A stretch of 64,000 nt of DNA from Waterburya sp. (GCA_965217895.1 CBDCJV010000002.1:1664001-1728000), one strand, 5' to 3'. Numbered from the stretch's first letter, positions 10,515-22,474 are shown. The notes: generated by a model from the letters alone, not told the origin. A program made the numbers and translations.

Positions 10515-11240
10515 TTACTGATATTTAACAATTCGTGCAAAGTTAGCTGCTTCCAAGCTTGCTCCTCCGACTAATGCTCCATCAATTTCTGGCTGTGCCA
10601 TAATTTCGTCAATATTACCTGGTTTTACAGAACCGCCATACTGAATTGAAATATCTTTATTATCAAGCTGTTGGCGAATAATACCGATGACACGGTTTGC
10701 TTCTGTAGATTCGCAAGTATTGCCTGTACCAATCGCCCAAATTGGCTCATAAGCAATAATCAAATTACTTTGGTCTACTTCTAGCAAACCTTTTTTTAGC
10801 TGATTGATAATAACATTCTCTGTTTTACCAGCATCTTTCTGTTCTTTAGTTTCTCCAACGCAGAGAATAGGCTTTAGTTTGTATTTTTGAGCAGCCTTTA
10901 ATCGCCAGTTTACTGTCTCATCGGTTTCATTAAAATACTGTCGTCTCTCGCTGTGACCAATAACTACATAGTCTACGCCGATTTCAGTCAGCATTTCTCC
11001 TGAGATTTCTCCAGTGTAAGCACCTTCTAATTCCCAATGAACGTTTTGCGCACCCAGCTTGACTCTACTGCCATGTAAGTTTTTAGACATTACAGTAAGA
11101 GAGGTAAAAGGCGCACACAAAATAATTTCGCGATCTTCTGCGGTATCCTCAATCTCGGATTTGAACTCTTGCACAAATTTCAAGGACTCTGCCTGATTTT
11201 TGTGCATTTTCCAATTGCCAGCAATAACTATTTTTCGCAC
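10515..11240 (-). CDS. tpiA: Triosephosphate isomerase
   Basis: [36 protein letters not shown]. Confidence 0.98.
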   Translation of the reverse strand: MRKIVIAGNWKMHKNQAESLKFVQEFKSEIEDTAEDREIILCAPFTSLTVMSKNLHGSRVKLGAQNVHWELEGAYTGEISGEMLTEIGVDYVVIGHSERRQYFNETDETVNWRLKAAQKYKLKPILCVGETKEQKDAGKTENVIINQLKKGLLEVDQSNLIIAYEPIWAIGTGNTCESTEANRVIGIIRQQLDNKDISIQYGGSVKPGNIDEIMAQPEIDGALVGGASLEAANFARIVKYQ

Positions 11241-11309
11241 AATATAAAAAACATTTCAAATTCTCTGCAAATCTCAGTTTAAAGCTTTGTGGGGAGTTAA
11301 AGCTAGTAC

Positions 11310-11410
11310 ACCTAACTTTTGTTACACCTAACTTTTGGCAGCAAACCTCCTGGGCGATCCTTAGAGCCATTGTCGGCATTATGATAATTCACAGTGGTTT
11401 TACTTTCGAT
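11310..11410 (+). pseudogene. Possible DoxX-family N-terminal shard
   Basis: Manual translation PNFWQQTSWAILRAIVGIMIIHSG. Confidence 0.35.
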
Positions 11411-11414
11411 TCAT

Positions 11415-11510
11415 ACCTTAATTCAGCTAACTGGATCTGCAGTTACTGCCTCGAATAAATCTAAAATGCGATCGCCAACTTTACGATCTTTTTTTGCCCA
11501 CCAAATTATA
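11415..11510 (-). pseudogene. Possible Txe/YoeB toxin shard
   Basis: Manual translation WWAKKDRKVGDRILDLFEAVTADP. Confidence 0.4.
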
Positions 11511-11594
11511 GATAGTTAAATTATTTTACCTCCAGAATTGCGATGGGCATCGCGATGATAATCTGTAGTAGCGATCGCACTGCCCTAAATGTTC

Positions 11595-12674
11595 CTAAGC
11601 AATAGTTACCTCATCAGACAAATAAACATCCTGTATGGCATGAAACAACTCGATCCCTTCTGCCATAGGACGTTGAAAAGTCTTTCTGCCAGAAATTAAA
11701 CCACAACCACCAGCCCGCTTGTTAATTACTGCCGTACGTACGGCATCAGCAAAATCATTATCTCCAGAAGAACCACCAGAATTGATCAAACCACTACGCC
11801 CTGCATAGCAATTGAGTACTTGATAGCGAGTCAAATCAATCGGATGATCGCTGGATAATTTACTGTAGACTAAATCATCGGTACGACCATATTTTTCGCC
11901 CGTAGCTTTTGCCACTGCGGCATAACCACCGTTACATTCAGGCAGTTTTTGCTTAATAATATCAGCTTCAATGGTTACACCTATGTGATTAGCTTGTCCC
12001 GTAAGATCTGCTGCTAGATGATAGTCTTTGTCCTGTTTAAAAGCGTCATTGCGCAGATAACACCAGAGAATAGTTGCCATACCTAATTTATGTGCCTTAG
12101 CAAAGGCTTTGCTGACTTCTTGTATCTGGCGAGATGATTCTGGCGAACCAAAATAGATAGTTGCACCTACGGCAACGGCACCTAAATTCCATGCTTGCTC
12201 AACGCTACCAAACATAATTTCATCTGACGGGTTGGGGTAGGTAAGCAACTCGTTATGGTTGAGTTTGACAATAAAAGGAATACGGTGGGCGTATCTGCGG
12301 GACATCATGCCTAATACACCTAAAGTAGTGGCAACAGCATTACAGCCACTTTCTAAAGCCAATTTAACGATGTTTTCGGGGTCAAAATAGATCGGGTTGG
12401 GGGCAAAGGATGCCGCCCCAGAATGCTCTATTCCTTGGTCTACAGGTAAAATAGACAAGTAGCCAGTATTCGCTAGCCTTCCACTAGAATATAGCTGTTG
12501 CAGACTGCGAAGCACCTGAGAATTGCGATCGCTATTGACAAAAATTCGCTCAACGCAGTCGCCTCCAGGCAGGTGCAGCATATCTTGAGACACCTTTGAC
12601 TTGTAGGTTAGTAAGTCGTTGGTTTCGTTACCTAATATAGACTCAAGATTGGAAGGAGAAAAAGTGGTAGTCAT
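11595..12674 (-). CDS. fbaB: Class I fructose-bisphosphate aldolase (DhnA type)
   Basis: [34 protein letters not shown]. Confidence 0.95.
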   Translation of the reverse strand: MTTTFSPSNLESILGNETNDLLTYKSKVSQDMLHLPGGDCVERIFVNSDRNSQVLRSLQQLYSSGRLANTGYLSILPVDQGIEHSGAASFAPNPIYFDPENIVKLALESGCNAVATTLGVLGMMSRRYAHRIPFIVKLNHNELLTYPNPSDEIMFGSVEQAWNLGAVAVGATIYFGSPESSRQIQEVSKAFAKAHKLGMATILWCYLRNDAFKQDKDYHLAADLTGQANHIGVTIEADIIKQKLPECNGGYAAVAKATGEKYGRTDDLVYSKLSSDHPIDLTRYQVLNCYAGRSGLINSGGSSGDNDFADAVRTAVINKRAGGCGLISGRKTFQRPMAEGIELFHAIQDVYLSDEVTIA

Positions 12675-12999
12675 AGCTTTTTTTCAAAAATTTACTTACT
12701 TACAGCTTATTGTTACTACTGCTGATAGTTTTTTTGTTCCTTCGTAAGATAGTTTTATGATTGTTGACTGCGTTTTTTACTGTCGGCTTACAAGAAGGAT
12801 GGCTTGAATATCAATTTAACTCTCGCCCATAAACTTAGTTTACGATCGAGTTATCAAAAATATCTACCGTCTAAAAAATATTTAAAATATCTAACTTACT
12901 TAATAGCATGACATCTTTAATAAGCGATCCTCTTATAGTACCCTTATTTTTATTAGGCTTAGTAGTAATTGCAGCCATATATTTTGCCAATCAAACCTA

Positions 13000-14067
13000 A
13001 TGTCAGAAATACGCGGAGTTTGGATTGCTAATCGTCCTCATAGTCAAGTTTTAGAGTCACGGGCAAACATTGCTGAGGCGATGAATTTTTTACAAGCTTA
13101 TGGATTTAATTTAATTTTTCCTGTGGTTTGGAATCGGGGCTACACTCTTTATCCAAGTCAAGTAATGAGTAAATATAATTTACCCGCCATCGAGCCTTTC
13201 TACGAACAACAGCAACGAGATCCTTTAGCAGAAATCGTTATCGAGGCTCATCAGCGCAACATTAAAGTTATTCCCTGGCTAGAATATGGCTTTGCTGCTT
13301 CTCATCTGCTCGACGGGGGACATATTTTGCAACAATACCCTCAATGGCAAGCCATAGATAAAGATGGCGCAGGGGTAAGACAGGGCAGCTTAACTTGGAT
13401 GAATGCTTTTGACCCCCAAGTGCAGCAGTTTATGCTGTCAATCATCACTGAAATTGTCAGTAATTATAGTATAGATGGAATCCAAGGATGCGATCGCCTT
13501 CCCGCTTCTCCTGTAAATTCTGGCTACGATCGCAAAACTACTCAGCAATATCAAACAGCCTTCAATAAACAACCACCCAGCAATTTTCAAGATCGACTCT
13601 GGATACAGTGGCGTGCAGATAAGCTTACTGACTTTTTGGCTAGAGTATATCAAGAAGTTAAAGCAATTAAACCCCAAATAATTGTTTCTTTATCCCCTGC
13701 GGTATATCCTTTTTGTTTGAGCAACTTGCTCCAAGATTACCCAGCTTGGATAGCTAAGGGTTTAGTAGATATTATTCATCCCCAGATATATCGCCCTAAT
13801 TTCTTGGGCTACAGTCAAGAAGTAAAAAAAATATGTCAGACTTTTAAGGGCGATTCATTAGCCAAATTTGCTCCAGGAATTGCCTTTACTGCTAATGGCA
13901 AAGATATTACCACTAAAGATTTAATTAAGTGTATCAAAGCTAATCGCGGTCGCCATTTAAATGGACAAGTCTTTTTCCATTATGAAGGCTTGCGTAAAAA
14001 TAACGATCAAGTTGCGATCGCTTTATCTAAATCTGCTGGTTATGATCCCATAACCAGTCTACTATAA
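13000..14067 (+). CDS. Glycoside hydrolase-like family 10 (DUF187) protein
   Basis: EIRGVWI, GYTLYPS, DPLAEIVIEAH, PWLEYG, HPQIYR. Confidence 0.85.
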   Translation: MSEIRGVWIANRPHSQVLESRANIAEAMNFLQAYGFNLIFPVVWNRGYTLYPSQVMSKYNLPAIEPFYEQQQRDPLAEIVIEAHQRNIKVIPWLEYGFAASHLLDGGHILQQYPQWQAIDKDGAGVRQGSLTWMNAFDPQVQQFMLSIITEIVSNYSIDGIQGCDRLPASPVNSGYDRKTTQQYQTAFNKQPPSNFQDRLWIQWRADKLTDFLARVYQEVKAIKPQIIVSLSPAVYPFCLSNLLQDYPAWIAKGLVDIIHPQIYRPNFLGYSQEVKKICQTFKGDSLAKFAPGIAFTANGKDITTKDLIKCIKANRGRHLNGQVFFHYEGLRKNNDQVAIALSKSAGYDPITSLL

Positions 14068-14100
14068 TTGTTCGCCAAAACAACTTCAAAATATCCGCGT

Positions 14101-15042
14101 TTACATAAACTTAGCCAGGCGTTTTGGATCTAAGCAGTTTTTTTGTCTTTGATTAATAGTGCCATTAATAATATCCCACTGTTCAGGAGAGATTTTTCTA
14201 CCATTCCAAACTACTTGGGGAGTAGTGGATGTATAACAAAAAGTTATTGAAAAACGTTCGTCCAAAGTAGGAGGTTGAGCGCGATGAAAAACACTAGCAG
14301 TATCGCTAATTATGACCGTTCCTTTTTTAGCTAAACAAGTAGTCCAATCGGATTTTGCTACTGCCGTTGCCATTCTTTCATCAGATACATAGCCCATATT
14401 ATAATAATTCAGTTTTTTAACCGCTTCAGAGGTTAAGTCACGATTAATATATTCATAAGCACCACCTCCAGCAACTACATCGTTGAGATAAATAATAATT
14501 TTAATAGTACGACGATCTTCAAAATCGATATGCCATCGTCTAACACCTGAGTATTGACCATCAGCAATACTTCTACGCATTGCAAAAAACTGATAAAGTA
14601 TCGGCAAGCCAATATAATTTTCAGCTATATCCAGTAGTTTTGGCTCTAATGCCCAAAATAATATTTCTGAAAATTCTCTTAAATCTTCTCGACTAGAGCC
14701 AACTTCACAGCCATTGCCAGAATCTGCCTTGGATAGTGGATTCTTAAGCTTGTTTGCCAAAGAAAATGCTGTTCGCATCATTTCCTCTGTTGAAGGCAAT
14801 GCTAAATCCTCTACAGGAATCATGCAAGAGCCTTCTTCCCGCAAAGCTTTCACAATTGAAAGACCTTGGTCATCAAGTTCAGGTAAAAACGGAGTGTAAG
14901 TATTAAGGGCTGTTTGGTATGCTTGTTCCTGTATGGTCTGTAAGAGAGGTAATTTATAAAATTCTCGCTTTAGCTTGCGAGGAATGTTTTTTACCTTACC
15001 AGAAATATAAGACAAGTTATTAGCAGATGTTTTCATGAACAT
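14101..15042 (-). CDS. 2OG-Fe(II)/phytanoyl-CoA dioxygenase-like protein
   Basis: WHID...YLNDV...GG, FHRA, RFS motifs. Confidence 0.75.
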   Translation of the reverse strand: MFMKTSANNLSYISGKVKNIPRKLKREFYKLPLLQTIQEQAYQTALNTYTPFLPELDDQGLSIVKALREEGSCMIPVEDLALPSTEEMMRTAFSLANKLKNPLSKADSGNGCEVGSSREDLREFSEILFWALEPKLLDIAENYIGLPILYQFFAMRRSIADGQYSGVRRWHIDFEDRRTIKIIIYLNDVVAGGGAYEYINRDLTSEAVKKLNYYNMGYVSDERMATAVAKSDWTTCLAKKGTVIISDTASVFHRAQPPTLDERFSITFCYTSTTPQVVWNGRKISPEQWDIINGTINQRQKNCLDPKRLAKFM

Positions 15043-15656
15043 AAGTCAAGAATAAAAATAAATCTATGGGCTAATAGTTTGTGTTTTTTGGACTGTAACT
15101 AGTAACTAAAAGCTGTTTAAACAATTGCACTACTACATTTAAAAGATTTGTTTGATTAAGCTAATGCTTCACCAATTAATCTTGAAATAGCGTTATCATT
15201 GACCAACTTTGTATCCTATTGCTACATATTTCGTAACAACTTCGCGATCTCAAATATACAGATATTTTCCCTAAATTGTGAACCCCTTTACAAAAGCTTT
15301 GCAAACTTCTTCATCAAGCCAACAAAATCAATTTTGATTTGATTACTTATACCTATTGTCAATAGCTGTCTCAATCAAAAAATACAGGTACATTATCTTG
15401 ACGAATCTAGTATTGATCGGCTAAAACCTGGAAAAGAACAGTCTTTCGGCTTTCACTATCAGTCTATCTTCTGAAGCGATAACTCGCCTGCAAAAATAAG
15501 ACAATTGATCATTAAAACTGGATTTACATTGCTATTCAATTATTTACAGTATCAAAGTAACTAGTTAAATTAAGCGTTACAACAATACAACACTTCCTAA
15601 AATTTAGCGGTTATTTAAACTGCTTTTTTTAAGTTTAACAATCAATCTATCAATCT

Positions 15657-16544
15657 ATGAAATTTATATCTTGTCTGTCTCGATGCGCCCTCTTCTCTGC
15701 CAGCTTTCTTAGTTTGACTACTGTTTTTTCTCTAGTACCTGTTTTTGCTAATACAGCCATTAGTCGTGACAGTAGTTTGAATTCAATTGAAGCTCTTACT
15801 GCTCCTGAAAATCATACTTTAGGTATTTGCTCTAATCAAATTGAACCAGTAATTAATCAAATTATTGAACGCCCAGACATTGATAAGGGCAAATGGGCTA
15901 TTTTAGTCCAATCTTTGGGTGGAACAAATATATATAGTCATAATCCCGATTCTTATATGGTTCCTGCCTCAAATATTAAGCTACTGGTTACTGCTGCTGC
16001 TTTACAAAAATTTAGTCTCAACGAACAAATTGAATCTACGTCAATTCGAGATTGGATTACTGTTACTAACCAGAGAAGTAATAATGACTATGCAAATGTA
16101 CTACTGGCTCACCTAGGTGGCTTTTCTTCGGTTGAGCAAGCTTTAACAAATTTAGGGATTGATGCTAATGGCTATCGTCTGCGGGATGGGTCTGGCTTAT
16201 CCCATAATAATTTGGCAACCCCCAGAACTTTGGTGTCTACACTAAGAGCGATGTCTTATGCACGAGGCAATGATGTTTTTTTGGCTTCTCTCCCCGTGGC
16301 AGGAATTAGCGGTACTTTAAAAAATCGCTTGCGCCATACTACCGCCGAAGGCACCGTAAGAGCAAAAACTGGAACTCTTAGAGGAGTAAGAGCCTTGTCT
16401 GGTTATATCGATCACCCAGAATATGGCACTCTTGTTTTTAGCATCATTACTAATCAATCAACTAGTCAACCTAGTTCTCCTGTTGTGCAAGCGATTGATG
16501 ATATTGTTTTGAGCTTGAGTACTCTAACTAATTGCCAAAATTAA
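15657..16544 (+). CDS. D-Ala-D-Ala carboxypeptidase/endopeptidase (peptidase S13), compact form
   Basis: PASNIK, SNN, DGSGLS, AKTGTL motifs; signal peptide. Confidence 0.88.
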   Translation: MKFISCLSRCALFSASFLSLTTVFSLVPVFANTAISRDSSLNSIEALTAPENHTLGICSNQIEPVINQIIERPDIDKGKWAILVQSLGGTNIYSHNPDSYMVPASNIKLLVTAAALQKFSLNEQIESTSIRDWITVTNQRSNNDYANVLLAHLGGFSSVEQALTNLGIDANGYRLRDGSGLSHNNLATPRTLVSTLRAMSYARGNDVFLASLPVAGISGTLKNRLRHTTAEGTVRAKTGTLRGVRALSGYIDHPEYGTLVFSIITNQSTSQPSSPVVQAIDDIVLSLSTLTNCQN

Positions 16545-16586
16545 TTTAATCGAGAACAGCTTTTATTAAGTTGTGTAACAATATTA

Positions 16587-16636
16587 GCGTCAAACCGTCT
16601 TAGCATCTTGACAGAATAATTCTAAGTAGGTAAATT
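16587..16636 (+). promoter_or_regulatory. Sigma70 promoter with overlapping 8-bp tandem repeats
   Basis: TTGACA(16608)-17 nt-TAAATT(16631); GCGTCAAA/CCGTCTTA/GCATCTTG overlap the -35. Confidence 0.5.
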
Positions 16637-16672
16637 AACATATATACCTGGGTAATTATTAAACTTAATGAT

Positions 16673-17023
16673 ATGCAAAGTAAGCAGAAAGTAACTCTAT
16701 ATATACCTCCAGAACTGCACAAAAAGTTAAAGATCAAGGCAGCTATAGACACGGAGTCTATGTCAGCACTCGTAGAGAGAGCGATCGCTTTTTATATGCG
16801 GTATCCTGACAAAATAGAGGAGATTGAAGCTTTTAGCCAAGGAAAAACCCACCAGCTTCATTTTTGCCCAGAATGCGAAGAGCCGATGGTGATGCGAAGA
16901 GGAAAAATGATGTCTTTAAATAATCAAGATGTAGTGTCAGCAAATGACGACATCGCGCTCAAGGTAACTGGCAAAGCGGAAAGTCAGGGCGAATCGAATG
17001 AAGAATTAGTCTCCTGTTTATAG
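16673..17023 (+). CDS. Ribbon-helix-helix protein with CxxC motif
   Basis: KVTLYIPPELHKKLKIKAA...MSALVERAI; CPEC. Confidence 0.8.
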   Translation: MQSKQKVTLYIPPELHKKLKIKAAIDTESMSALVERAIAFYMRYPDKIEEIEAFSQGKTHQLHFCPECEEPMVMRRGKMMSLNNQDVVSANDDIALKVTGKAESQGESNEELVSCL

Positions 17024-17089
17024 AGAAGACTAATCAGTAGCAGTAGGGAAAGGCTTTAAGAAAGAACTAAATTTCAGCAGGGTCGAATT

Positions 17090-18601
17090 ATGAAAGAAGA
17101 GCTAAATATTCTCGTACAGGCTCAATATCCGTTAATATACCTCATCACGCCCGAAGAGGAGCGTGCGGAGCAAGCGGTTTCTAAAATCGCAAAGGACAAT
17201 GCTGAATACCGAAAAGTGTTTGTTTGGACTGTAACTCGTGGCATGGTCGAATATGGTCAGCCTCGTCAAGCAACGCAGCACAATACAGTTTCTCCCGAAG
17301 CAGCTATCGAATGGACAATCAGACAAAAAGAGTCTGGGGTTTATATCTTTAAAGATTTACATCCATTTATAGATGGTCCAGTTATCACTAGATGGCTAAG
17401 AGATGCGATCGCTGATTTTAAAGATTCAGACAAAGTTATTATCTTAATGTCTCCCGTACAGACGCTACCAATAGAACTAGAGAAAGAAGCTGTAGTATTA
17501 GACTATCCTTTGCCTAACCTAGCAGAACTTAACCAGGTGCTTTCTGCTAGATTGTCTAAAGGCAAGAAAAGCAATATAGATACTGAAACCAGAGAAAAGC
17601 TACTTAAAGCTGCTTTGGGTTTGACCAAAGATGAAGCCGAAAAAGTATATCGCAAGGCACAGGTAAAGGCTGGTCGTTTAACAGAAAGTGAAGTTGACAT
17701 TGTTCTTTCTGAAAAGAAGCAGTTAATTCGTCGTAACGGAATTTTAGAATATATTGAAGAAGATGAAACTATCAATTCTGTTGGTGGCTTAGAAGAGCTT
17801 AAAGGTTGGCTGAGACAGCGTTCTAATGCTTTTACGGAAAGGGCTAGAGAGTATGGTCTGCCTCAACCCAAAGGAATGCTAATTCTGGGTATTCCTGGCT
17901 GTGGTAAATCTTTAATTGCCAAAACTACCTCCCGCCTTTGGGGTCTACCCTTACTACGTTTGGACATGGGTAGAGTTTATGATGGTTCAACGGTTGGTCG
18001 CTCTGAGGCTAATCTCCGCAATGCACTTAAGACCGCTGAATCAATTTCTCCTGTAATTTTATTTATTGACGAACTAGATAAAGCTTTTTCAGGCGGTGGA
18101 GGTTCAGGGGATTCCGATGGCGGTACTTCTGGGCGCATATTTGGCTCTTTTCTAACCTGGATGCAGGAGAAGAAATCCCCTGTGTTTGTGATGGCTACGG
18201 CAAATAGAGTAGAAAGATTGCCTGGAGAGTTTCTCAGAAAAGGAAGATTTGACGAAATATTTTTTGTAGATCTACCTAATTCTGCTGAAAGACAAGATAT
18301 TTTTAGAATTCATCTTGGAAAAAGACGTTCAGATATCACTCGCTTCGATATTGAACAGTTAACCAAGGTATCAGATGGTTTTTCGGGTGCAGAGATTGAG
18401 CAAGCGATCATCGCCGCAATGTACGATGCTTTTGCTCAAGACAGGGAGTTTACGCAGCTAGACATTATCGCTGCGATCAAAGCTACCTTACCTCTGTCTC
18501 GAACAATGACTGAGCAGGTAACAGCCCTAAGAGATTGGGCTGGGCAAAGAGCCAGACCGGCATCAGCCTCCGTTGCTGAATATCAGCGACTGGAGTTCTA
18601 A
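17090..18601 (+). CDS. ycf46: Ycf46-family AAA+ ATPase
   Basis: GIPGCGKS, FIDELDK, RKGRFDE; 503 aa; followed by DUF1257. Confidence 0.9.
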   Translation: MKEELNILVQAQYPLIYLITPEEERAEQAVSKIAKDNAEYRKVFVWTVTRGMVEYGQPRQATQHNTVSPEAAIEWTIRQKESGVYIFKDLHPFIDGPVITRWLRDAIADFKDSDKVIILMSPVQTLPIELEKEAVVLDYPLPNLAELNQVLSARLSKGKKSNIDTETREKLLKAALGLTKDEAEKVYRKAQVKAGRLTESEVDIVLSEKKQLIRRNGILEYIEEDETINSVGGLEELKGWLRQRSNAFTERAREYGLPQPKGMLILGIPGCGKSLIAKTTSRLWGLPLLRLDMGRVYDGSTVGRSEANLRNALKTAESISPVILFIDELDKAFSGGGGSGDSDGGTSGRIFGSFLTWMQEKKSPVFVMATANRVERLPGEFLRKGRFDEIFFVDLPNSAERQDIFRIHLGKRRSDITRFDIEQLTKVSDGFSGAEIEQAIIAAMYDAFAQDREFTQLDIIAAIKATLPLSRTMTEQVTALRDWAGQRARPASASVAEYQRLEF

Positions 18602-18735
18602 CAGGCTTTCTTCTATGGGTTATTTAAATCCATAGAAGCAGAGGCTAGCAATTGCTAGCAGTTTATAATAATCCGTCAGTGACGGTTATTGATTTTAAAG
18701 TTGTTGTTTACTTCTCTTCTACTGGAGGAAATCTT

Positions 18736-19086
18736 ATGTCTCACTTTAGCACTTTACGCACCAAAATCAGCGATGCTGAAATTCTAGTTAGTTCTCTTCG
18801 TGATTTAGGTGTTAGTGTTCAAACTAATGCTGACGTTCGCGGTTACAACGGTCAAAGACTACGTGCCGATATCGTTGCTACCTTAGATGGTGAATATGAT
18901 TTGGGTTGGTCTGAGAATAGTGATGGTACTTTTGATTTGATTGCTGACCTTTGGGGTGTTGCTAAAAAGCACAACCAAACTGAGCTTATCAACTCAATTA
19001 ACCAAAAGTATGCTGTTAACAAAACTTTGGCTGAAGTAAAACAGCGTGGTCTACAGAATGCAAACGTTAAATTAGTTCTTCAGTAA
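18736..19086 (+). CDS. ycf35: DUF1257 (Ycf35) protein
   Basis: MSHFSTLRTKI, VRGYNGQ, LIADLW; GGAGG RBS before ATG 18736. Confidence 0.88.
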   Translation: MSHFSTLRTKISDAEILVSSLRDLGVSVQTNADVRGYNGQRLRADIVATLDGEYDLGWSENSDGTFDLIADLWGVAKKHNQTELINSINQKYAVNKTLAEVKQRGLQNANVKLVLQ

Positions 19087-19124
19087 TAACAAGAATTTAA
19101 TTTAAAGCGCGTTCCCAAGCATTG

Positions 19125-19156
19125 AGGGTTGACAACACTGTTCAACCCTTTTTTTT
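19125..19156 (+). terminator. Rho-independent terminator
   Basis: AGGGTTGA/TCAACCCT stem followed by T-tract. Confidence 0.75.
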
Positions 19157-19160
19157 GTGC

Positions 19161-19517
19161 TTAGTTAGATGATTCCGTATTTAAAAAAAGCTGATGAATA
19201 ATGCTAGACACCACAGTTAAAACAATTGAACCAAATACAGCAGGAAAAAACCCAGCTATGGTCAAGCCTGGAGTTAAATAACTAACTAGCCCTAAAGCGA
19301 TCGCATTTACTACCAGAAGGAATAATCCCAGAGTTAAAATTGTTAGAGGTAGAGTTAGCAAAACGAGTATCGGTTTAACAATGGCATTCACTAATCCTAG
19401 TATCGCTGCTCCAAATATTGCTGAGGAGAAACTTACTATAGCAAAGCCGGGGACAACAAACGCGGTAATGATCAAAGAGACGGCTGTGGCTAGCCAGGTT
19501 AGCAGAAATTGCAGCAT
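19161..19517 (-). CDS. Phage-holin-4/YvlD family membrane protein
   Basis: LGLVNAIVKPILVLLTLPLTILTLGLF. Confidence 0.88.
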   Translation of the reverse strand: MLQFLLTWLATAVSLIITAFVVPGFAIVSFSSAIFGAAILGLVNAIVKPILVLLTLPLTILTLGLFLLVVNAIALGLVSYLTPGLTIAGFFPAVFGSIVLTVVSSIIHQLFLNTESSN

Positions 19518-19829
19518 TTATTTAATTATCTAAAATAGTAAAGGTATTAAATCACCTCAATACTAATAAATTTCAGTTAGCTATTTCCACCAGTAATAGT
19601 TCGGTATTTCTGGACAACCTTGATGCGAAAACTCACATTGACAAGTGACGCGCGACGAGGCTTAATATGGATTTGAAAGAAGCTGTAAGCGATCGCGCAT
19701 TAGATAATTAAAGTTGAGCAAAAATATTTGAAAAGCTAATAGCTTAAAATTAGTTGACAAACAGCTTAGTCTCTCAACCTGTCACGATTGCCCAATCACT
19801 AACTACGTAAAGTGCTGACTTACCTGATA

Positions 19830-20951
19830 TTACTGAACATCATTGATAACCAAATTATTACGATGCACCACCGTATCTGCACCGTCATAACCCAAAATAT
19901 CAGCAATTTCAGTAGAATGATGTCCTTTTATTTGTTCAATCTCGTTACTGCTGTAGTTAACTAAGCCTCTGCCTAATTCCATACCTTCTTTGTTGCATAG
20001 CTGCACTGCATCAGAAGCAAAAAAGTCTCCTTCGAGGGCGATAATACCCGCAGGTAATAAAGATGTTTTTTTGTTGGTAACTGCCTTGACTGCACCAGTA
20101 TCTAAATATAGTTTGCCCATGGGAATTAAACCATAGGTGATCCAACGTTTGCGGGCATTGTCTGTTTGCGGTTGGGGTTCAAACTGTGTTCCTAAGTCTT
20201 CCCCCTGTAAGATTTTCAGAATGTTCTGAGGTTGCTTTCCTTGAGTAATCACGGTTCTAACCCCTGTGCTAGTGGCAATTCTGGCTGCGGACAGTTTAGT
20301 TGCCATTCCTCCTGTTCCCCACTGAGAACTACTAGAACCTGCATCTACCTGTAGCTGATGAAACTCCTTGCTGCTGACTAACTTAATAGGTTGAGCATCG
20401 GGGACGGTTTTGGGATCGGCAGAATACATTCTGTCTACGTCAGTCAAAAGAAACAGCCAATCTGCTTGAACTAAGCTAGCAACTAAGGCAGATAAGGTAT
20501 CATTGTCGCCAAATTTTAATTCATCAACGGCAATAGTATCATTTTCATTGACAATCGGGATTACGCCTAAACCTAACAGTTCTCTAAAAGTATTAGAAGC
20601 ATTAACATAAGTATTACGTTCCATTAATTCACGGCGAGTTAAAAGAACTTGCGCGATCGCCTGTTGTAAAGTACTAAATAAATCATCATATATTCGCATT
20701 AGTCTCCCCTGTCCTACCGCAGCCACCGCCTGCTTTAACGCCATTTTACGCGGTCTTTCGCTTAAGTTAAGTCTGGCGCACCCTACCCCCACCGCACCAG
20801 AGGAAACTAGAACGATATGATGTCCCTGAGAACGTAAGTAGCTTAAAGTTTCCACCAAAGAAGCAATTGTAGCGATCGCAATTTCTCCCGTCGGCTGTGT
20901 CAGGCTAGAAGTACCTATTTTGATTACTATTGTCTGAGGCTTATTGAACAT
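19830..20951 (-). CDS. proB: Glutamate 5-kinase
   Basis: [32 protein letters not shown]-terminal PUA domain; start uncertain within heptamer repeats. Confidence 0.96.
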   Translation of the reverse strand: MFNKPQTIVIKIGTSSLTQPTGEIAIATIASLVETLSYLRSQGHHIVLVSSGAVGVGCARLNLSERPRKMALKQAVAAVGQGRLMRIYDDLFSTLQQAIAQVLLTRRELMERNTYVNASNTFRELLGLGVIPIVNENDTIAVDELKFGDNDTLSALVASLVQADWLFLLTDVDRMYSADPKTVPDAQPIKLVSSKEFHQLQVDAGSSSSQWGTGGMATKLSAARIATSTGVRTVITQGKQPQNILKILQGEDLGTQFEPQPQTDNARKRWITYGLIPMGKLYLDTGAVKAVTNKKTSLLPAGIIALEGDFFASDAVQLCNKEGMELGRGLVNYSSNEIEQIKGHHSTEIADILGYDGADTVVHRNNLVINDVQ

Positions 20952-20996
20952 TGAACATTTAGCATTAAACATTGAACAGTGAACAGTGAACATTGA
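20944..20996. repeat. Heptamer tandem repeat (STRR-like, (T/G)TGAACA)
   Basis: About 7 copies visible. Confidence 0.8.
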
Positions 20997-21104
20997 CTCA
21001 CGGTTTCTAGCCTACTTCCAAATACTTGAAAAATGATAAATGAAGTGACTAGTAGACGTGGACGTGAATAAATCCACCATTTAAAAATTATCGAACTGGC
21101 GGCG

Positions 21105-21335
21105 ATGGCTCAAATTAGTCCGTATCATTTTATTCGTTTATTTAAAAATAGTCTCGGCAAAACACCCCATCAATATATTTTGCAGCGTCGAATTGAGCAA
21201 GGAAAATATTTATTACAGCATACTCAATTAAGTACGGAAGAAATCGCAGCTAGCTTGGGCTTTTGCGATCGTAGTCATTTTGCCAAATATCTTAAGCGTT
21301 TTACTGGATTAACACCCAGACAACTTCAAGCCTAA
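21105..21335 (+). pseudogene. AraC-family regulator, C-terminal HTH only
   Basis: SPYHFIRLFK...TPHQY...LGFCDRSHF...FTGLTP. Confidence 0.75.
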
Positions 21336-21432
21336 TCGCAATAATTTACTCAAATCTAGCAACTTTTTTCTAGAGTTTAGATAAGTCAGACTTTTAGACT
21401 GTCAGCAGTAGAGAAAAGTTAACTAGATAAAA

Positions 21433-22221
21433 ATGAGCGATATTGAAATTAAAACTAGCTACGTCCAAATACCAAACCAAGACCTACAAATTGATGCTTA
21501 CTTAGCACAGCCAACCAGGGAAGGTAAATTTGCTGCGGTAATAGTTTTTCACGAAATTTTTGGCGTGAACGCTAATATTAGGGAAATTACCGAATTAATT
21601 GCCCGACAAGGATATATCGCGATCGCACCAGCGATGTATCAACGGATTGCTCCTGATTTTAGCCGTGATTTTAGTCCAGAACATCTTGCTTTCAGTCCCG
21701 AAGCTTACGAACTCGGTTTGCAATATTATCAACAGGTAAAGTATCAAGAGATATTCAGCGATATTCAAGCTGTGATCGCCTATCTGAAAACACTACCCAA
21801 TGTTAAAGCAAATGCGATCGGCTGTATTGGTTTTTGTTTTGGCGGTCATGTTACCTACATGGCAGCTACCTTACCCGATATAAAAGCTACGGCTTCGTTT
21901 TACGGTGGTGGCATTACCACTTCTAGCTATGGTGAAGATATTCCCACTCTCGATCGCACTGCCCAAATTCAAGGTACTATTTATCTGTTTTTCGGCACCA
22001 GAGATACTTTAGTTTCTCCAGAGGAAAGCCAGCAGATCGAGGCAGAATTACAAAAACAGCAGATCCAACATCGTATATTTCGCTACGATGCGGGACACGG
22101 ATTTTTTGGGGGATTTTTTCAGGACAAGTATCCGTTTTTGAAACAGCATCCCAGTTACAATCCTGAAGCTGCACCTCATGCTTGGCAACAAGTATTAGAG
22201 CTTTTTCAGAATAATTTGTAA
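21433..22221 (+). CDS. Dienelactone hydrolase family protein
   Basis: HEIFG, GFCFGG, AGHGF. Confidence 0.92.
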   Translation: MSDIEIKTSYVQIPNQDLQIDAYLAQPTREGKFAAVIVFHEIFGVNANIREITELIARQGYIAIAPAMYQRIAPDFSRDFSPEHLAFSPEAYELGLQYYQQVKYQEIFSDIQAVIAYLKTLPNVKANAIGCIGFCFGGHVTYMAATLPDIKATASFYGGGITTSSYGEDIPTLDRTAQIQGTIYLFFGTRDTLVSPEESQQIEAELQKQQIQHRIFRYDAGHGFFGGFFQDKYPFLKQHPSYNPEAAPHAWQQVLELFQNNL

Positions 22222-22474
22222 ATTAATTTTCCTCATTATTGCTTAAAGCGATCGCTGTGTAATCAATTTTGCATAGATACTTATCAGGGGTGCAATTACA
22301 ACCCTGGCGATAATTTGACCCCAATCTCTGACAGATCGGCTTTAAGTACAGTCCAAACAGACAATCCAAGTCTCATAACAACCAAATTGAAAGGCGATCG
22401 ACCAACTTTAATCGTAGACGGAAAGACTTTGCGCGTCCGCCTTTAAATTAGATGTTAACTTTTTCGCCCTACTT

